From: Spongospora subterranea f. sp. subterranea
Taxonomy: Eukaryota
Length of the DNA stretch: 64,000 nt
Direction: 5' to 3'
Assembly: GCA_049724395.1 (NCBI GenBank)
Contig: JAUGWO010000086.1
Span: 1 to 64,000, forward strand
Each line of letters opens with the position of its first letter. The stretch's first letter is position 1. The position numbers and the translations under genes were made by a program. This document shows, one piece after another, positions 51,357 to 64,000 of the stretch. The notes under the pieces are model-generated. The model was given only the letters and a program-made list of their open reading frames with translations. It made no database searches and had not been told where the DNA came from.

Positions 51357-52751
51357 ATGGGGTGGGTTTCCGGGTTAAAGCGGCAACAATGCCGGGCTCG
51401 CTTGATGTGTCAGGGCAGACGATGTTTATCCAGCGTCATCGAGGTCTTCGATAGGAGTCAGCAGTTTAATTCAGTGTGCCAATATGCCCAGTGTTTAGGT
51501 CTGGCTTTAACAGGTTTAAAGAAGAAGCAAAAAGATAAGGCTGATAGGACAGGGTATTTCGACTATCTTCGCGATGAAGTTGCCAGAAGAATTGTCGGCC
51601 GTATCCAGGTCCGTTCAAAATTTGTTGTCTGTGCTCACGTTGTTTTGTCACATCAACAACGTCGATCTCTCAGGACGTGAAAAGGGAATTTCCTGTCTGT
51701 ATTGATATTGGCTGCGGTCATGGGCATATCGCCAAGCACCTATCGCTTCAGGGTGGATCCGTCAAGAACCTTGTTCAGGTCGACTCGTCTCTGCAGACCG
51801 TACTGTATAATCAACGGACGCAATCCAAACACAATGCAGGTAACTTGCTGCCATTCATCTTTTTTACATCAGATGATTATTGTTGTGATAGATTTACGCC
51901 TACACAATATTTGTGCCGACGAAGAGTTTATCCCGTTTCAAGCAGGAAGTGCCGACTTGGTCGTGTCATCATTGAGTTTAAATTGGGTCGGCTCTGTTGA
52001 TCTTATCTTTATTAGGATGTAAACCGTATTTGGTTAGGTGAATGACCTGGTCTCTTGTCTGACCCAAATCAGAACTATACTAAAGCCAGACGGGGCCTTC
52101 ATCGCCGCGTTTTTAGGCGGCGATACTTTGCAAGAACTCAGGTTATCTTCAACGTCTCGGCCCTTTGTTCACTTATATATTTCTTCCCAGGTCTGCGTTT
52201 GCGGTAGCGGATTTAGAGCGGTCAGGAGGTCTAAGCCCTCATATCTCACGTAGAATGCCATTGACTTCATCACCACATTGTTTTGATTATCTCCTAGCCA
52301 TGGTCAGCTCGCAAGATGCTGGGTCGTTATTGCAAGAATCGGGTTTCGTCATTCCCACAGTTGATAACGACAGAATTACATGCATGTACCCCGAGTATGT
52401 CACTGCACAACTGGCTACATTGTTTTCTCATCGATCGATGGTGCAGTATGTTCACACTGATGGAACATTTAACCGCTATGGGCGAATGCAACGTCTCACT
52501 TGGAAGAAGACCGTTTGTATCTCGTGATATCTTCCTTGCAGCGGCTGCTGCTTATGAGGCCATGTATGCCAACGAAGATGGGCTTATTCCGGCGACGTTC
52601 AATGTATTTACACCGCAGTTTTATTCGTATTTCACCCTTGAAATTAGCGCTTTGACAGATAATCTACATGATCGGATGGTCACCAGATCCGGAACACCAA
52701 CATCAACCCCTAAAACGAGGATCTGCAAAGGCGAGTTTGAGAGATATATAA
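51357..52751 (+). CDS. NDUFAF5: Mitochondrial complex I assembly factor / arginine hydroxylase, multi-exon
   Basis: [83 protein letters not shown]. Confidence 0.93.
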
Positions 52752-53649
52752 ACAACTCAGAAATCAACAGTCGAACTTCTACAGCTCTTGTCAACGATAG
52801 GTGGTTGCAATGCATAAAGTTCGATGTCGAGATGGTTGTGCTACTTCGATAAAATAAGAAAACAAACGTCTCGTTGAGAAAAACTTGTTAGATGAACACA
52901 AAGTTCGTGTTATATTCTCTTTCAAGAGAATCTAAGTACAAAATTCTCTGAGATCACCCTCAAATCCGATTTTCATTTCGTAGTTGTAAAGGAAACGATA
53001 TAGTGTCTGGTCAGTTCGGCGCTGAAACATAAAGTGCTGGTGTCTTTGTAAGGATTGTTATTGAAAAACGTGAAAGACAATTTGAATCAAACTATCGTGT
53101 GTAAGGGTTTAGGATTCAACAAGCGTATGTAGATCTGTTCGTCGATCCGAAGCTCATGCACCGGAGTCGTCGGTTCGCTGCAGATCGAGGTGCTTACCGG
53201 TTTCCTAGGAAGCGTATCTTATCCACCATCGACTGCCAGAGACAGATACGGGGCAACAACGTCAGCTATGTCGTAAAAAATTGGGTGAGCCTGAAACGGT
53301 AGGTCTATTATGATAACCTCATAACGGGTGCTCTGCCTTGCATAACAACCTAATTGCCAGACCTGGCCAAAACAGCTGCCACTGACGTTCCGCCAAACCA
53401 ATAAACGGTACGGCGCATCATCGATGTAGTCACGTTCTCTGTTTCACGATACTACAGTAGCAAACTGCATGCCTGCGCATGTAACGTCGATGCACAACGA
53501 TGATGTTACAGTATGGTTGAGTTTTCATTTTACGCAGTTTTCTCAGCGCGGTAATCGTTACAGATTTTCTTGTCAGTCGTCTGATAGCGTAATCGCAAGG
53601 TTTAGAGCTAAACCGACTGGTTACGCTCATTGTATTTATTATCCCAATT

Positions 53650-56160
53650 ATGAAGGGAGAAGACGCGTTTTTGGAATACTATAAACAGCAAACTATAGTG
53701 ACGGACGGGGAATGGGACAACTTTCAGACATCCATACATCAACCATTACCGGCCAGCTTTGTTGTCGTAGAGCAATACGCCGGTGGTGCCGGCAAGAGAT
53801 TGCTAGCTCAGCTGGAATCGGGGCGGTATCAAGATCTATCTTGTCTGGATTGGTACCCCAACAGGTTGGCTTGGCACGCAACAACGCCGCGTGTGTCGTG
53901 GTCGGACGATTTCAAACAGTTCCTCAAAGCTCAAACCGAGATGGGCACGATCATTCGCCAAGAGGTCGTCAGGTCAGTTGTTTAAATTATTTGGCGATAT
54001 CACCCAATAATTTTACCTGTAGTATGATACCTGTTCTGCTTCTTACCGACAACTCGCTTCCCGCGAATCCCTCGTTTTTAGATATCTGTGCGGCGCCAGG
54101 TATTTTCCATCTAGGCTGGCTTGATTCCTAGTAAACGCACGCGACTACTAGGTTCAAAAACGGCTCAGTTGGCTCAGGTGCTACGACAACGCTCTAGTGA
54201 TGATTCTGGCGTTATTGTAGCCAACGACTGCAACGCTAACCGTGCATCAATGCTCATGAGCCGATTGAAGTGTTCAGGGAGTGCTGCGCTTGTCGTCACC
54301 AGGTAGTCCAAGAGCACTCGATATTAGTGTTTCAATCAATTTTGTTTGAAAGGAGCTATATGCTAAATTGTTCGCAGATGTGACGCAGCCGAGTTCCCTG
54401 CGAATCAACTATTTGATCGTGTTTTGTGCGATGTTCCTTGTAGTGGAGATGGTCTGTTTCTTACCTAGACCGAAATAAACAGATCAGCTAAGCTTTTTTG
54501 CTAGGTACCATCAGGAAGGCTCCGAAACTTCTATCTAACTGGAAGCCAACTTCGGCATCAGCGCTTCATGCACAGCAGCTAAAGATTGCCAAACGGGCTT
54601 TCCGCCTGACAAAACCAGGTTTGATTCACAGTATATCTTTCATAGCTTTTTCATGACCTATTGATTGTGGTTTACTTCGGGTACTCTAAAAAAACCCTCT
54701 CGAGCTCTGCCGTTTCTCGCCGTCCCAAACACTAAACGCTCTCAAAAAATCTGTGATGGAGAATTTACTGATTCTGATTAGGAGGTCGCATGGTCTATTC
54801 GACATGTTCATTCAACCCTATAGAAAATGAAGCTGTAGTTCTCGCTTTGTTGCATGAATTCGGCGACCAGATAAGAGTGCTGGAGAATTCGCAACTCCTT
54901 AAAGGACTTCACCGCTCTCCTGGTTTGACCCATGTAATACCAAATCTAGCCCGCCACTATTTTTGTCTTCAAGGTCGTTTTTGATAGTGGGAAGTATTGG
55001 CAGCAAATGGCCCCGATACGGCATTCACAGCATACGAGAGTCGGGAGGAAGCTAAGCGTACCAAGCATGGAGGGCAATGTCCAGACACATTGTTTCCTGT
55101 TGGCCAGCGCTTATCAGAACTGTCACATTGTATGCGATTGTTGCCTCATCATAACAATGCAGGTAATTCCCGTCGAAGCTGCCATTGAAACTATCGTCAT
55201 GAAAGTTACAGGAGGATTTTTTGTTGCCCTTCTTGAACGAAGGGATATCATATCTGTAGAACGGGCGTTCGCAGATTTACCATCGGTTAGCGATCCAAAA
55301 TTCCGAGGCGACAGGTATTGATTTCAACTATCACACTTGGTGGGTATGCTAAGGTTGATTATCGTAGTCTGTTTCCGTTTGTTCCAATTCTGTCTGCGAA
55401 AAACGGCCGCGAAATTACAGGTCATGCTATTTTCAATGCAATGTGTTTGTATTTATTTGAGGTTCAGAGTGTATTACCCAGTCCATGAATTTGCTCGATT
55501 CTTTCCCGATGAAAAGCATTTTTTTCCGTGACCATGGCGACGACGATGCCCATGATGGGCAGAACCACGGTCGGCGCGCCCGTCTTTATATGCTTTCGCC
55601 GATGGCAGCTCGTTTCGCTCAGTATTATACCACGACTTCCAGTATGTTTTCACTTCTAGTATTTCTTTTTCTTGACGTTAGCGGAAACTCTTTTCACTCG
55701 GCGAACCGGTTGAGTTCTTATTAATGGTTGATGGTTACAGATTTGATGCACGCTGGAGTCCGAATATTTGAGCGTTGCTCGCGACCTGATGGAGTGGATA
55801 TGGAATTTAGGTTGTCTTGGGAGGGTTTGAATCACGTCATTCCTCATATATCGCTAAAGGAAATGATGCTGTCGATGTCGTTAGCATCGTTAACTCCTCT
55901 GCTATCTGGAAAACCAGTGCGTTTGTTTTTATGATCCTCCTCCATGATCACTAAGTCATCAACAATTGTAGATGCCAATTTCCTCTGAGATTGCCATGCT
56001 GTCCTGCACGAACGATGAAAATGCTTATCGTGGAAATATTATCGTTGAGTGTGAACTCGACAACATTACTGTCCAACTTCCTGGTCGGTTATCAGCCCGA
56101 TCTATTCAGTTGCTCAGTCCTGCCAGAGCGCTTGATGCAATGTCGTTGATGATTAAATAA
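53650..56160 (+). CDS. NSUN2: tRNA (cytosine-5)-methyltransferase NSUN2/Trm4-like, multi-exon
   Basis: FLEYYKQQ, RQEVV/SMIP, LDICAAP/GSKT, VANDCN, FDRVLCDVPCSGDG, VYSTCSFNPIENEAVV, CMRLLPHHNNA/GGFFVA. Confidence 0.93.
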
Positions 56161-56316
56161 GTCCTAACTTGGAATTCTTTCTATGCGCTGCAATTTTTGA
56201 TTCCGCTAATCGGCATCACTGTTCGCTAGAGCCATTAGGTTGACCTCCCCTCAATGTTAAACTTTGACTTGCCTGGATCATGTCCAAACCATATCGCATT
56301 ATACTATCAATACTGT

Positions 56317-56412
56317 GGCCGCCAGCAAGATAAAACCGGGGGCCGCCAGCAAGATAAAACCGGGGGCCGCCAGCAAGATAAAACCGGGGGCCGCCAGCAA
56401 GATACAACCGGG
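56317..56412. repeat. 24-bp minisatellite, 4 copies (GGCCGCCAGCAAGATAAAACCGGG)
   Basis: Three identical contiguous copies plus a fourth with one substitution. No spacers. Confidence 0.97.
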
Positions 56413-56491
56413 GGGGAGGAGGAGGACTGGACTACCGAGAGGCCCAATAGCTACGATAATCTAACAGTTGCAGTCTTGAATAGGTGAAATA

Positions 56492-58103
56492 ATGCCTGAA
56501 TGTGATACAGACAAGATCAGAATAGTCTGTCTGTTTGCCGTATTAGGTCTAGTTCAGATCACAATCCTGTTCTTCCCGGTCAATAATCAGCAATCATTCA
56601 TACCTCATAACGAAACACTGGTTCATTTTGGCAACCATTCCGTCATCGAAGCAATTTGGCACACAATCATTAGTGACGACTCAGGAAGGTTTCGCGTTCG
56701 ATTCACCCCAAATGTCGGACGTAATCAAGATCATGGCTATCCTGTTCTTCGTATACGTGTTGTTGGCCCACAGATCAAGTTGCTAACCCCAATCCCATCA
56801 TTCAAAAGCACGGGCGAAGACTGGATTGCATACTACAACATCGAATGTGCTGGGAGATATTCTGTTGAAATCCTGCCCTTGTATGAGGCGTTCTACAAGG
56901 ACGATCTCGCCAAAGGAAAACTGTTGCCCCAATGGCCACCGTTCGTCCCATTGCAGTATATCGATGTGATGGCGTCATCTTCAACCTGCCAGCTAGGTGA
57001 TCAATGGAAGACCCGACCAAATTGTAGTGCGTTGCTGATGAAATATGGGGGATCGTGGGTTATCGATGATAAACCGGGGGGATATGATGGCGAAAGCTGG
57101 GACCCTGATCAGATCATGTCGTTCCTGTCAAGGTCCAAGATCCATAGCGACCCGAGGTTTATACCAGAGCACGTATTCGAGCAGCTACGCCCAATGTCTG
57201 TTGTAGAAAACTGGAATGAAACAGACGTGCCCTGGTTTTTGTTAGAAAAACATTTTGCTCGTCTGCAATACAGGTATAGGGGCCAGGGTGTCAGTACAGT
57301 ATTCATTAGTCGTTCACTTGATTTGCACAGGTATTTCGCATGCCAACCAGAGGATAGCCAAGAACTGATCAAACGATGCATGCGCCCAACAGACAAGAGA
57401 AGCGTGTGCTTGTTTGGAGATAGCCAAACAAGAACTCTCTACAACAGCATTGTTGAGCTACTTGAACCTGATAACCAAGTTCGTGTCGAATGATTTTCTT
57501 CCGAAGATGATGAGATCGTTAACCGTAATGGTGTAGGATTGTAAAACCGCAGCACAGAAGACAGTCTGTGAAACAAGTCTCCCTTTACGATATATCGCCG
57601 ATAAGTTAGATTTATTGTGGTCTGCTCAAAGGAACTACCACAGTTGAGCAGCTGATTACTATAGATATGGCGATGTTGGTGTCGGTAGTGCACCTTCCTG
57701 CAGGATTATGCTAATCAACTTCGGCCAATGGCCAATAAGCTGGGTCGAAACAGTCCCATATTCTGTATCCAGATACCAGAACATGGTAAAAACGGAACTC
57801 ACAAGGTTTTCCGATATTACAAGTTCTCACGTGTTCTGGTTGTCGACCAATTCGATGCCCATGAATGGGCGGGTCTTAGGAGGAATCGATTGGCGCATTG
57901 ATCCCGTTTTCGACTTATACAACAACGCGGCCAATCAGATTGCCGAGAAAGCTGGGATCCCAACCATCGATATATATTTCATCAGCACCGTTCTAAATGA
58001 GCTTTCCACTGATCGTGCGCATTTCAAAGATCCTGTTGGTCGTGCACTTGCATATCAAACTCTAACAACGATATGCGATCCAACGTATATTTCCAATACA
58101 TAA
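56492..58103 (+). CDS. Type II membrane SGNH/PC-esterase (NXPE/Cas1p/TBL-like) protein, copy 1, 2 introns
   Basis: N-terminal hydrophobic anchor, Ig/filamin-like AYYNIECAGRYSVEI, CLFGDSQTR (GDS), NFGQW, and DRAHF (DxxH). Confidence 0.8.
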
Positions 58104-58257
58104 ATGTCAACGTTTGCATTCCACCCGCAAATGATCTAGTAGCGATGCGCTTGTCGTCTCTCAAACCAATTTAACTGTCGAAATCTGAAGAGCAGTAAAG
58201 TTCTGTTCTGTTGATATCGACCAGTTTCAAAATACGCTGACCGCGTGTTTCCGAGGA

Positions 58258-58356
58258 CATGGCCTAATAAATGGGTGGGAATAACGATTTTTGTCCTCAT
58301 ATAGAACAAGATCACGTCTATTCAACAGGAATGTCCCACCCATTCACTAGGCCACG
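58258..58356. repeat. MITE-like ~100-bp imperfect inverted repeat
   Basis: TGGCCTAATAAATGGGTGGGA versus the reverse complement of the right arm, TGGCCTAGTGAATGGGTGGGA. Confidence 0.75.
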
Positions 58357-58831
58357 CTGTTATCGAAAACAGTTCAAGATTGTTTTTTACTTCTGAGCAT
58401 TCAATGCTCTTGAAATGCTATCACATGTTCCTTCATAGCCTCTGTCTGCTCCAATAAAACTATACTTCCTTTTTCCTACGTGTGAAGCATTTGCTGGTCG
58501 TTTTTCAACGGTCTTAACTCGCTTTCGCTTGGCATGTTTTTGGCTTCATCAGCCGAGTAGGCGTACCAGATTCTAGCGGGTCGTCCTCGAACATGTTGTC
58601 AGACAACTATTGCTTGGGACAGCAAAATTTTTGAGCAAAAGAACCTCTGTTTGTATCCTACCGTGGTTGTGCAAGGTTGTTTTCCCAGATAACGGTTGGG
58701 ATTATGACGGGTTAGAGAGCGATTGATGAGAGCAGCCCCTGTTGGGTTCAGGGAGACCGCTTGGGCCACCTTCGTGTTCAATCAAGAGGTATTCAAGAGG
58801 GTCCCTCTTTGAGGTTGAGAGGACACATAAT

Positions 58832-60445
58832 ATGCAAGGATGGGGGAGCACGAAGAAGAGGGTTGTGATTCTGCTCTTGATATTGGGTTTAGTGCAGATC
58901 GTGATATTTTTTGTTGCTGTTGAAAAGGACCAAAAACAAATTCTCTACAAGGAGCAATTAGTTCACGCTGTGAACCACTCATTCGTCGAAAGAGTTTGGC
59001 ATAGAATAATTAGCGACAACTCGGGGAGTTTTCGAGTCCGTTTTGCTCCAAGCGAAGAGCACGATCGTGAAAACGCCTATCCTGCAGTTCGTATCCGCCT
59101 TGTTGGCCCACAGATCAAACTGCTGAGCGCAAAGAAAAACCAACATAGCCGTTCTGAAGACTGGATCGCATACTACACTGTAGAATGTGCAGGAAGGTAT
59201 TCCGTTGAGATCAAGCCCCTCTACGAGGCATTTTACGATGATGATATTGCAAAAGGGAAACTCTTGCCACAGTGGCCACTTTTGATCCCATTGCAGTATT
59301 TCAACGTATCAAAATCGTCACCAACCTGTCAGTTGAACGCACAATGGAGAACGCGGCCAACATGTAATATTTCATTGATGGCCCAGGGTGGATCATGGAT
59401 TATCGATGATCAACCCGAAGGATACGATGAGTACAGTTGGGATCATGACCAAATTACGGAATCTCCTGTCTACAACAAAAATCCATTCTGATGCACGATT
59501 TATTTCCGAGGAGCTGTTTGAGCAGCTACGCCCAATGTCGGTGGTGGCGCATTGGAACGAGAGTGACGTGCCATGGTTTTTGCTAGAAAAGCGCTTCGCT
59601 CGTCTACATTACAGGTACCGTTATTTTGAAATATTAGCAATAGCTTGGTCCAATGCCTCCACTAGGCCTTTTGCATGCCAATTCGAGGACGGCCAATCGC
59701 TTGCGAACCGCTGTGTCAATCGAACGACGGACAAAAAAGTGTGCTTCTTCGGAGACAGCCAGACGAGAATCCTGTACAACAGTATTGTTGAGCTGTTGGA
59801 GCCAGAGAACCAGGTTCAATACGATCGATAATGAAGTCTAGCGCGCGACATCACATTGATTATGACGATTAGGAGTGTAAGACCGCAGCCCGTAAGGAGG
59901 TCTGTGAAACGTATCTGCCGTTACGATACATACCTGACACGTTAGTCTGTCTGTCATGTTATGATCGTGTTACTCTCATTAGTGACGCTGTGGGTGTCAC
60001 ATTATACAGGTATGGCGGTGTTGGCCCTGGTAGTGCACCTCCCTGTCGGATAATGCTAATCAATTTCGGTCAATGGCCAATAAGCTGGGTCGAGGATCAA
60101 CCATTCAAAGTATCCCGATACGAGAAAATGGTGGCCGATGAGCTAGCTCCGTTCGCCAATATGACCAGCGTGAAAGTGTTTTGGGTATCGACGAATTCGA
60201 TGCCCATGAACGGCCGCGTAATAGGAGGGCTTGACTGGCGAACAGATCCCGTGTTTAATTTGTATAACAATGCGGCGAATCGAATCGCTGAACGAGAAAG
60301 GATCCCGATTGTCGATATATTTCCAATCAGCTCGGCCTTGAACGAACTGTCAGGTGATCATGCCCATTTCAAGGATCCTGTAGGACGTGCCTTGGCGTCT
60401 TTGACTCTAAACACCATTTGCGACGCAAATCATCAACACAAATAG
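58832..60445 (+). CDS. SGNH/PC-esterase protein, tandem copy 2, with a +1 frameshift at ~59459
   Basis: Colinear with copy 1, same two intron positions, CFFGDSQTR, NFGQW, DHAHF. Confidence 0.8.
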
Positions 60446-60705
60446 GAATTTTCAATACAAAATTGAGAGAAATTGAAATGGGATAGTGTCTTCAGGAGAC
60501 GACAGTAAAAGGATAACATCAAACGGCGAAGCTGATAATGAATCACAATAATGAAACGGAAAACCACAATACAACCGTTATAATTCTGAGGTTTACCGAG
60601 GATGCCTAGCGAACATGAATATGTCTCTAGCTCAGTAAACATCAATTGGAATTGCCTACATGAAATTGTTTAGCAATTTCATCAACCTACCGTGCATCGA
60701 AACAC

Positions 60706-61768
60706 CTAACGGGACACATTGTCTGTCAAACAAAGAAATGCTCGTGGCACTTTCTGAGGCCGCTTCGAGCAATATTGCCTCACTGGCCAATGATCAAAGG
60801 GATGAATCTTAGGCTCCTGAACGCAATGGACATTATTCGTTATGTCTGACAACAATCTACAACCCAACCAACAGCCTAGACATCCTTCAATAGGTTGACG
60901 ATAGATTAGTAGCATTATGTTCGACGATATCTAGGATTTAACATTCGGTCAAATATCGTCGAGAGAGCTTCATGTGGTCGTCTGTTCAACAGTCCTCAGA
61001 CATGTTGCAGGTTTCGCCAACTCCTCAATCTTCTTCATAGATCAGATCCTGCGCTAGAAAGTCATATGTAAACTATTGACCCATTTCGGTGATGGATGAT
61101 CGAATGGTTGACATAACGGTTATCGCTGCGGTAAGCATCTCCGACAGCTTTCGTTCGAATTGATTTTAAGTTTCGGTTTGAGGAGTGCTTTATTTCGCGA
61201 ACTAATTAGGGTCAATTTCACGTTCACCATCGCATTTCACGAACTGGTTATCGCGGACAATGTTGACGTCGGATGCGTTTCGGCCATCCGACAATCGAAA
61301 TGTGGGAATCCAAAACAACGCACTAAAGAAACCGATTTCCGACACAAATTACACTCATTCTTAACAAATTGGTTTGGGTCGCCTGTGCAAATCAGGGAAA
61401 CGACCCAAGGAAAAACAGAATGCAAGAGAATAGGAGCGGCTTCTGAATCAAGTTCTGTCAGAGCCACGACGGTGCCGTTTAGCGAATGCACCATGCAAGA
61501 GAGAGCCGACTTGTTGTTCTTATCGGGGGGAGATGAAATGGTCCTCGACACGTCGATGAGGCGTTAATAATTCCATGAAAATGCCCATTTGGGCGATTAA
61601 CGATGACCTCCGTCGACACCTATAACAGTAGTCGTCTTCCTTAATCAGTGTTGCCCTATTTCCTGTGCGTGTCTGTATCACTTTTTCTCCACGCGGTGTC
61701 CCGTTGCGCTCTTTTCGACGCGCTGTCCAAAAGCTTGAATTGCAGTTTCACCAGCGGGGTTGGCCATG
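60706..61768 (-). CDS. Possible hypothetical multi-exon gene
   Basis: Several minus-strand open segments (for example 61237-61551), divergent from seipin. No motif recognised. Confidence 0.3.
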
Positions 61769-61800
61769 GAAAATGGCGAACTTCACGATGATTTTGACAT

Positions 61801-63345
61801 ATGGGTGATGCGCTCCTTGCTTCAAATCTAGCGAATCTGATTGGTTTTAGCACAGCTCACATCGATCGGGGATTTCCTCAAAACCCCTTTCCGCAACATC
61901 CTTAATCAAGTGTTGTCTCGTGCGACAGAGTTTAGCTTCTCCTCATCAAGTTTACTGTTGAAGATTCTCGTTTTTTTGTGGGTTTGCTGTATACAAGTCC
62001 TTTTGTCGTTTTTTATATATTCCATATTCTATTGGGTCTTGATTCCCCCGCAAAAGGAACAGAAGCCAATTTTCTTTGATTTCTCTCAACCTGCTCCTGG
62101 TGTTATCGTCTCCTTATCTGGCAATCAATGGGATTATACATTGCACCATCTATCCTCGACCCCATATGGACCCTCACTTCTCAGATCAGGTCTAGCGTAC
62201 GACATCGAAGTCGAATTTGTCATGTCAACCAATGTGGTTGACAGCCATTATGGAATGTTGATGATAGAATCAACAGCATTAACTACAGCAAAGAACCAAC
62301 TTTATCCATTATCGCATTCTAAACGTCCAGTTCAAGTACATAAAGTGCCAAGAATAGCTCGATTAGCGCACGAGACGCTCTTCTTCGGCCTAGTTGCTCT
62401 TGGTTTCAACCCTCTAACCACGGTTATTACGACTCCAATATTTGAGGTCAGGTTATCCAGGTTTTGTACTCTCAGTGTGCTCTGAACCATTGCACATTTC
62501 AGCATTTTGTCGAGAGCGGTGACCATCCCACTTCGAATATGAACGTGACTCTTATCCCTTCGTTTGGCCACATGGGGGAAATGCATCTCACCGATGCTCG
62601 TCTATCGTTCTACGTTCAGTTGTCTGGCTTAAGATGGGTTATTTATAAGTTCTTCTGGACGAGCGCCATTGTTGGGACAGCGATAATGAGTTTTTTCCAG
62701 ATTCTGTGCACCGTTATCTTGATAGCGGTGTACGCAACACGAATTCAAGGTAAAGATGATTCCTCAGAGGATTATGCGATTTCAAGGAAGGTTCAACGGC
62801 CACGAAGGGCTCCTGATTACGATTCGCTGGATGATCATTCACCACACCCGCCACGAGATGAGGCTTCGTTTGGCACTCCATTTGGCGAGGATTCGCGCGA
62901 CGACATCTTTTCAGAGGGGGCTTCTGGCGCAGAGCCTTCTTCGCACCCTGAAGATCATAATACCCCTTTGCAACCCGGCACCTCTGACATTTTTGAACCC
63001 TTTCTGCAACCACGTGAATCAGATGACAATATGGACAGCTCTATCGATCTTCAAAACACTGCACTCATTGGCGACGATGTTCAAACCACTGCATTTATTA
63101 GCGAGGCATTGAAGCAAATCGTTGATGCCGTCGTAGCTGATGAACTCAACGAAATCATTGCGTCTGCCCCCGTGCGGCCCGAATTCATTCCAGTGCCCGA
63201 TAATGTGTCGCAAGGCGTCCCCGAGATCAGGCGATCCAAAGGCAGGGTTGACCACTTGGCAATGAGAAGAATCGAGTCGGTATCTGATGAATGTGATGCG
63301 CCACTAATCGCAGGAGCTGTTGTAGAGGATATCATGACATCCTAG
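61801..63345 (+). CDS. BSCL2: Seipin (lipid droplet biogenesis), 2 introns
   Basis: TM1 then PIFFDF, LRSGLAYDIEVEF, GMLMI, SKRPV, ARLSFYVQLSGLRWVIYKFFWTSAIVG plus TM2, and an acidic tail. Confidence 0.88.
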
Positions 63346-63513
63346 CACTGACGGCGAGATGTTTTTCTGTCGCGTTATCTGATCCCTAAACTCGAATCAA
63401 ACAAGTAATGCTCGCCACCCATAATCAATACTATCCACGACAATTGTTAATGTCAATTGTTGTCGGTTATGTAATCATACAATGAACCTATCAAATTTCT
63501 ACTTGAAACTGTA

Positions 63514-64000
63514 TTATGTGTTTTGCCCTTGTGAAATCTGAACAAACTGACAAGTCCCGTCGAATTTGGGCAGTTTAGCCAGGTGGTATTTCTCAATGAT
63601 TGCAGGAGGTAGAAATCTTCCCCCAAGGTAATGCCTTCCCATGAAACGCATTGAGCACTTCTTCGGTGCCGATAATGACACCAATATCGACGCCTCTACC
63701 GCAGGGCCATCCTTTGTTGAACTGCCGCAAACTGGTCCAAGACAGACGATGATAAATTCCACAACGAATGCGCTAAGACTTGTACCAATTTACTATGATC
63801 GATCTGCCATCCCGACGGGATATCAACGGCCAAACACGGTAATTTGGAATGATTGATCATGTTTGACTAGCCCTTCAAACGGCTCTCGTATTTTGCCATG
63901 AAAGCTGAATCCAAACATGGCATCAATTATCATATCAAAATCTGTTCGAAGTGGACGGTTAGCCTGAAATCACAAGAGCTAGGTAGTGTGTCTGATTCTA
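63514..64000 (-). CDS. NAXE: NAD(P)H-hydrate epimerase (YjeF_N), 3' part; gene runs off the window
   Basis: [34 protein letters not shown]. Confidence 0.92.

Noticed and set aside
53060..53630. Small minus-strand gene between NDUFAF5 and NSUN2
   Set aside because: I could not assemble a consistent spliced frame or recognise a motif.
56317..56412. CRISPR array
   Set aside because: Units are contiguous with no unique spacers, there are no cas genes, and the context is eukaryotic.

Overview
Compact, intron-rich eukaryotic DNA. Short GT-AG introns break most genes, so the ORF track shows only exon fragments. An axonemal dynein indicates a flagellated organism; a phytomyxid-like protist is my unconfirmed guess. 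The first ~13.3 kb is a nested transposon cluster: an acidic-repeat pseudogene, a decayed RNase H-bearing LINE, a decayed Ty3/gypsy split by an intact hAT element, an intact TA-flanked IS630/Tc1-like element with a very long DD~116E spacer, and two perfect hairpins. Among these lies a spliced RAD52-family gene that the ORF track misses, followed by a probable hAT relic. The remainder holds a DNAH1-like dynein heavy chain, a DH-PH RhoGEF, a UvrD/Srs2 helicase, a TPR-like protein and a PTC7-type PP2C in a GC-richer block flanked by TE relics, CCT6, a bHLH-ZIP factor, an acidic NLS protein, NDUFAF5, NSUN2/Trm4, a tandem pair of membrane-anchored SGNH/PC-esterase genes, seipin and the 3' end of NAXE. 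Several genes carry single-base +1 frameshifts that are probably assembly errors. I cannot demonstrate a new biological system; the best lead is the hairpin + repeat + RAD52 cassette at 9.9-11.9 kb.
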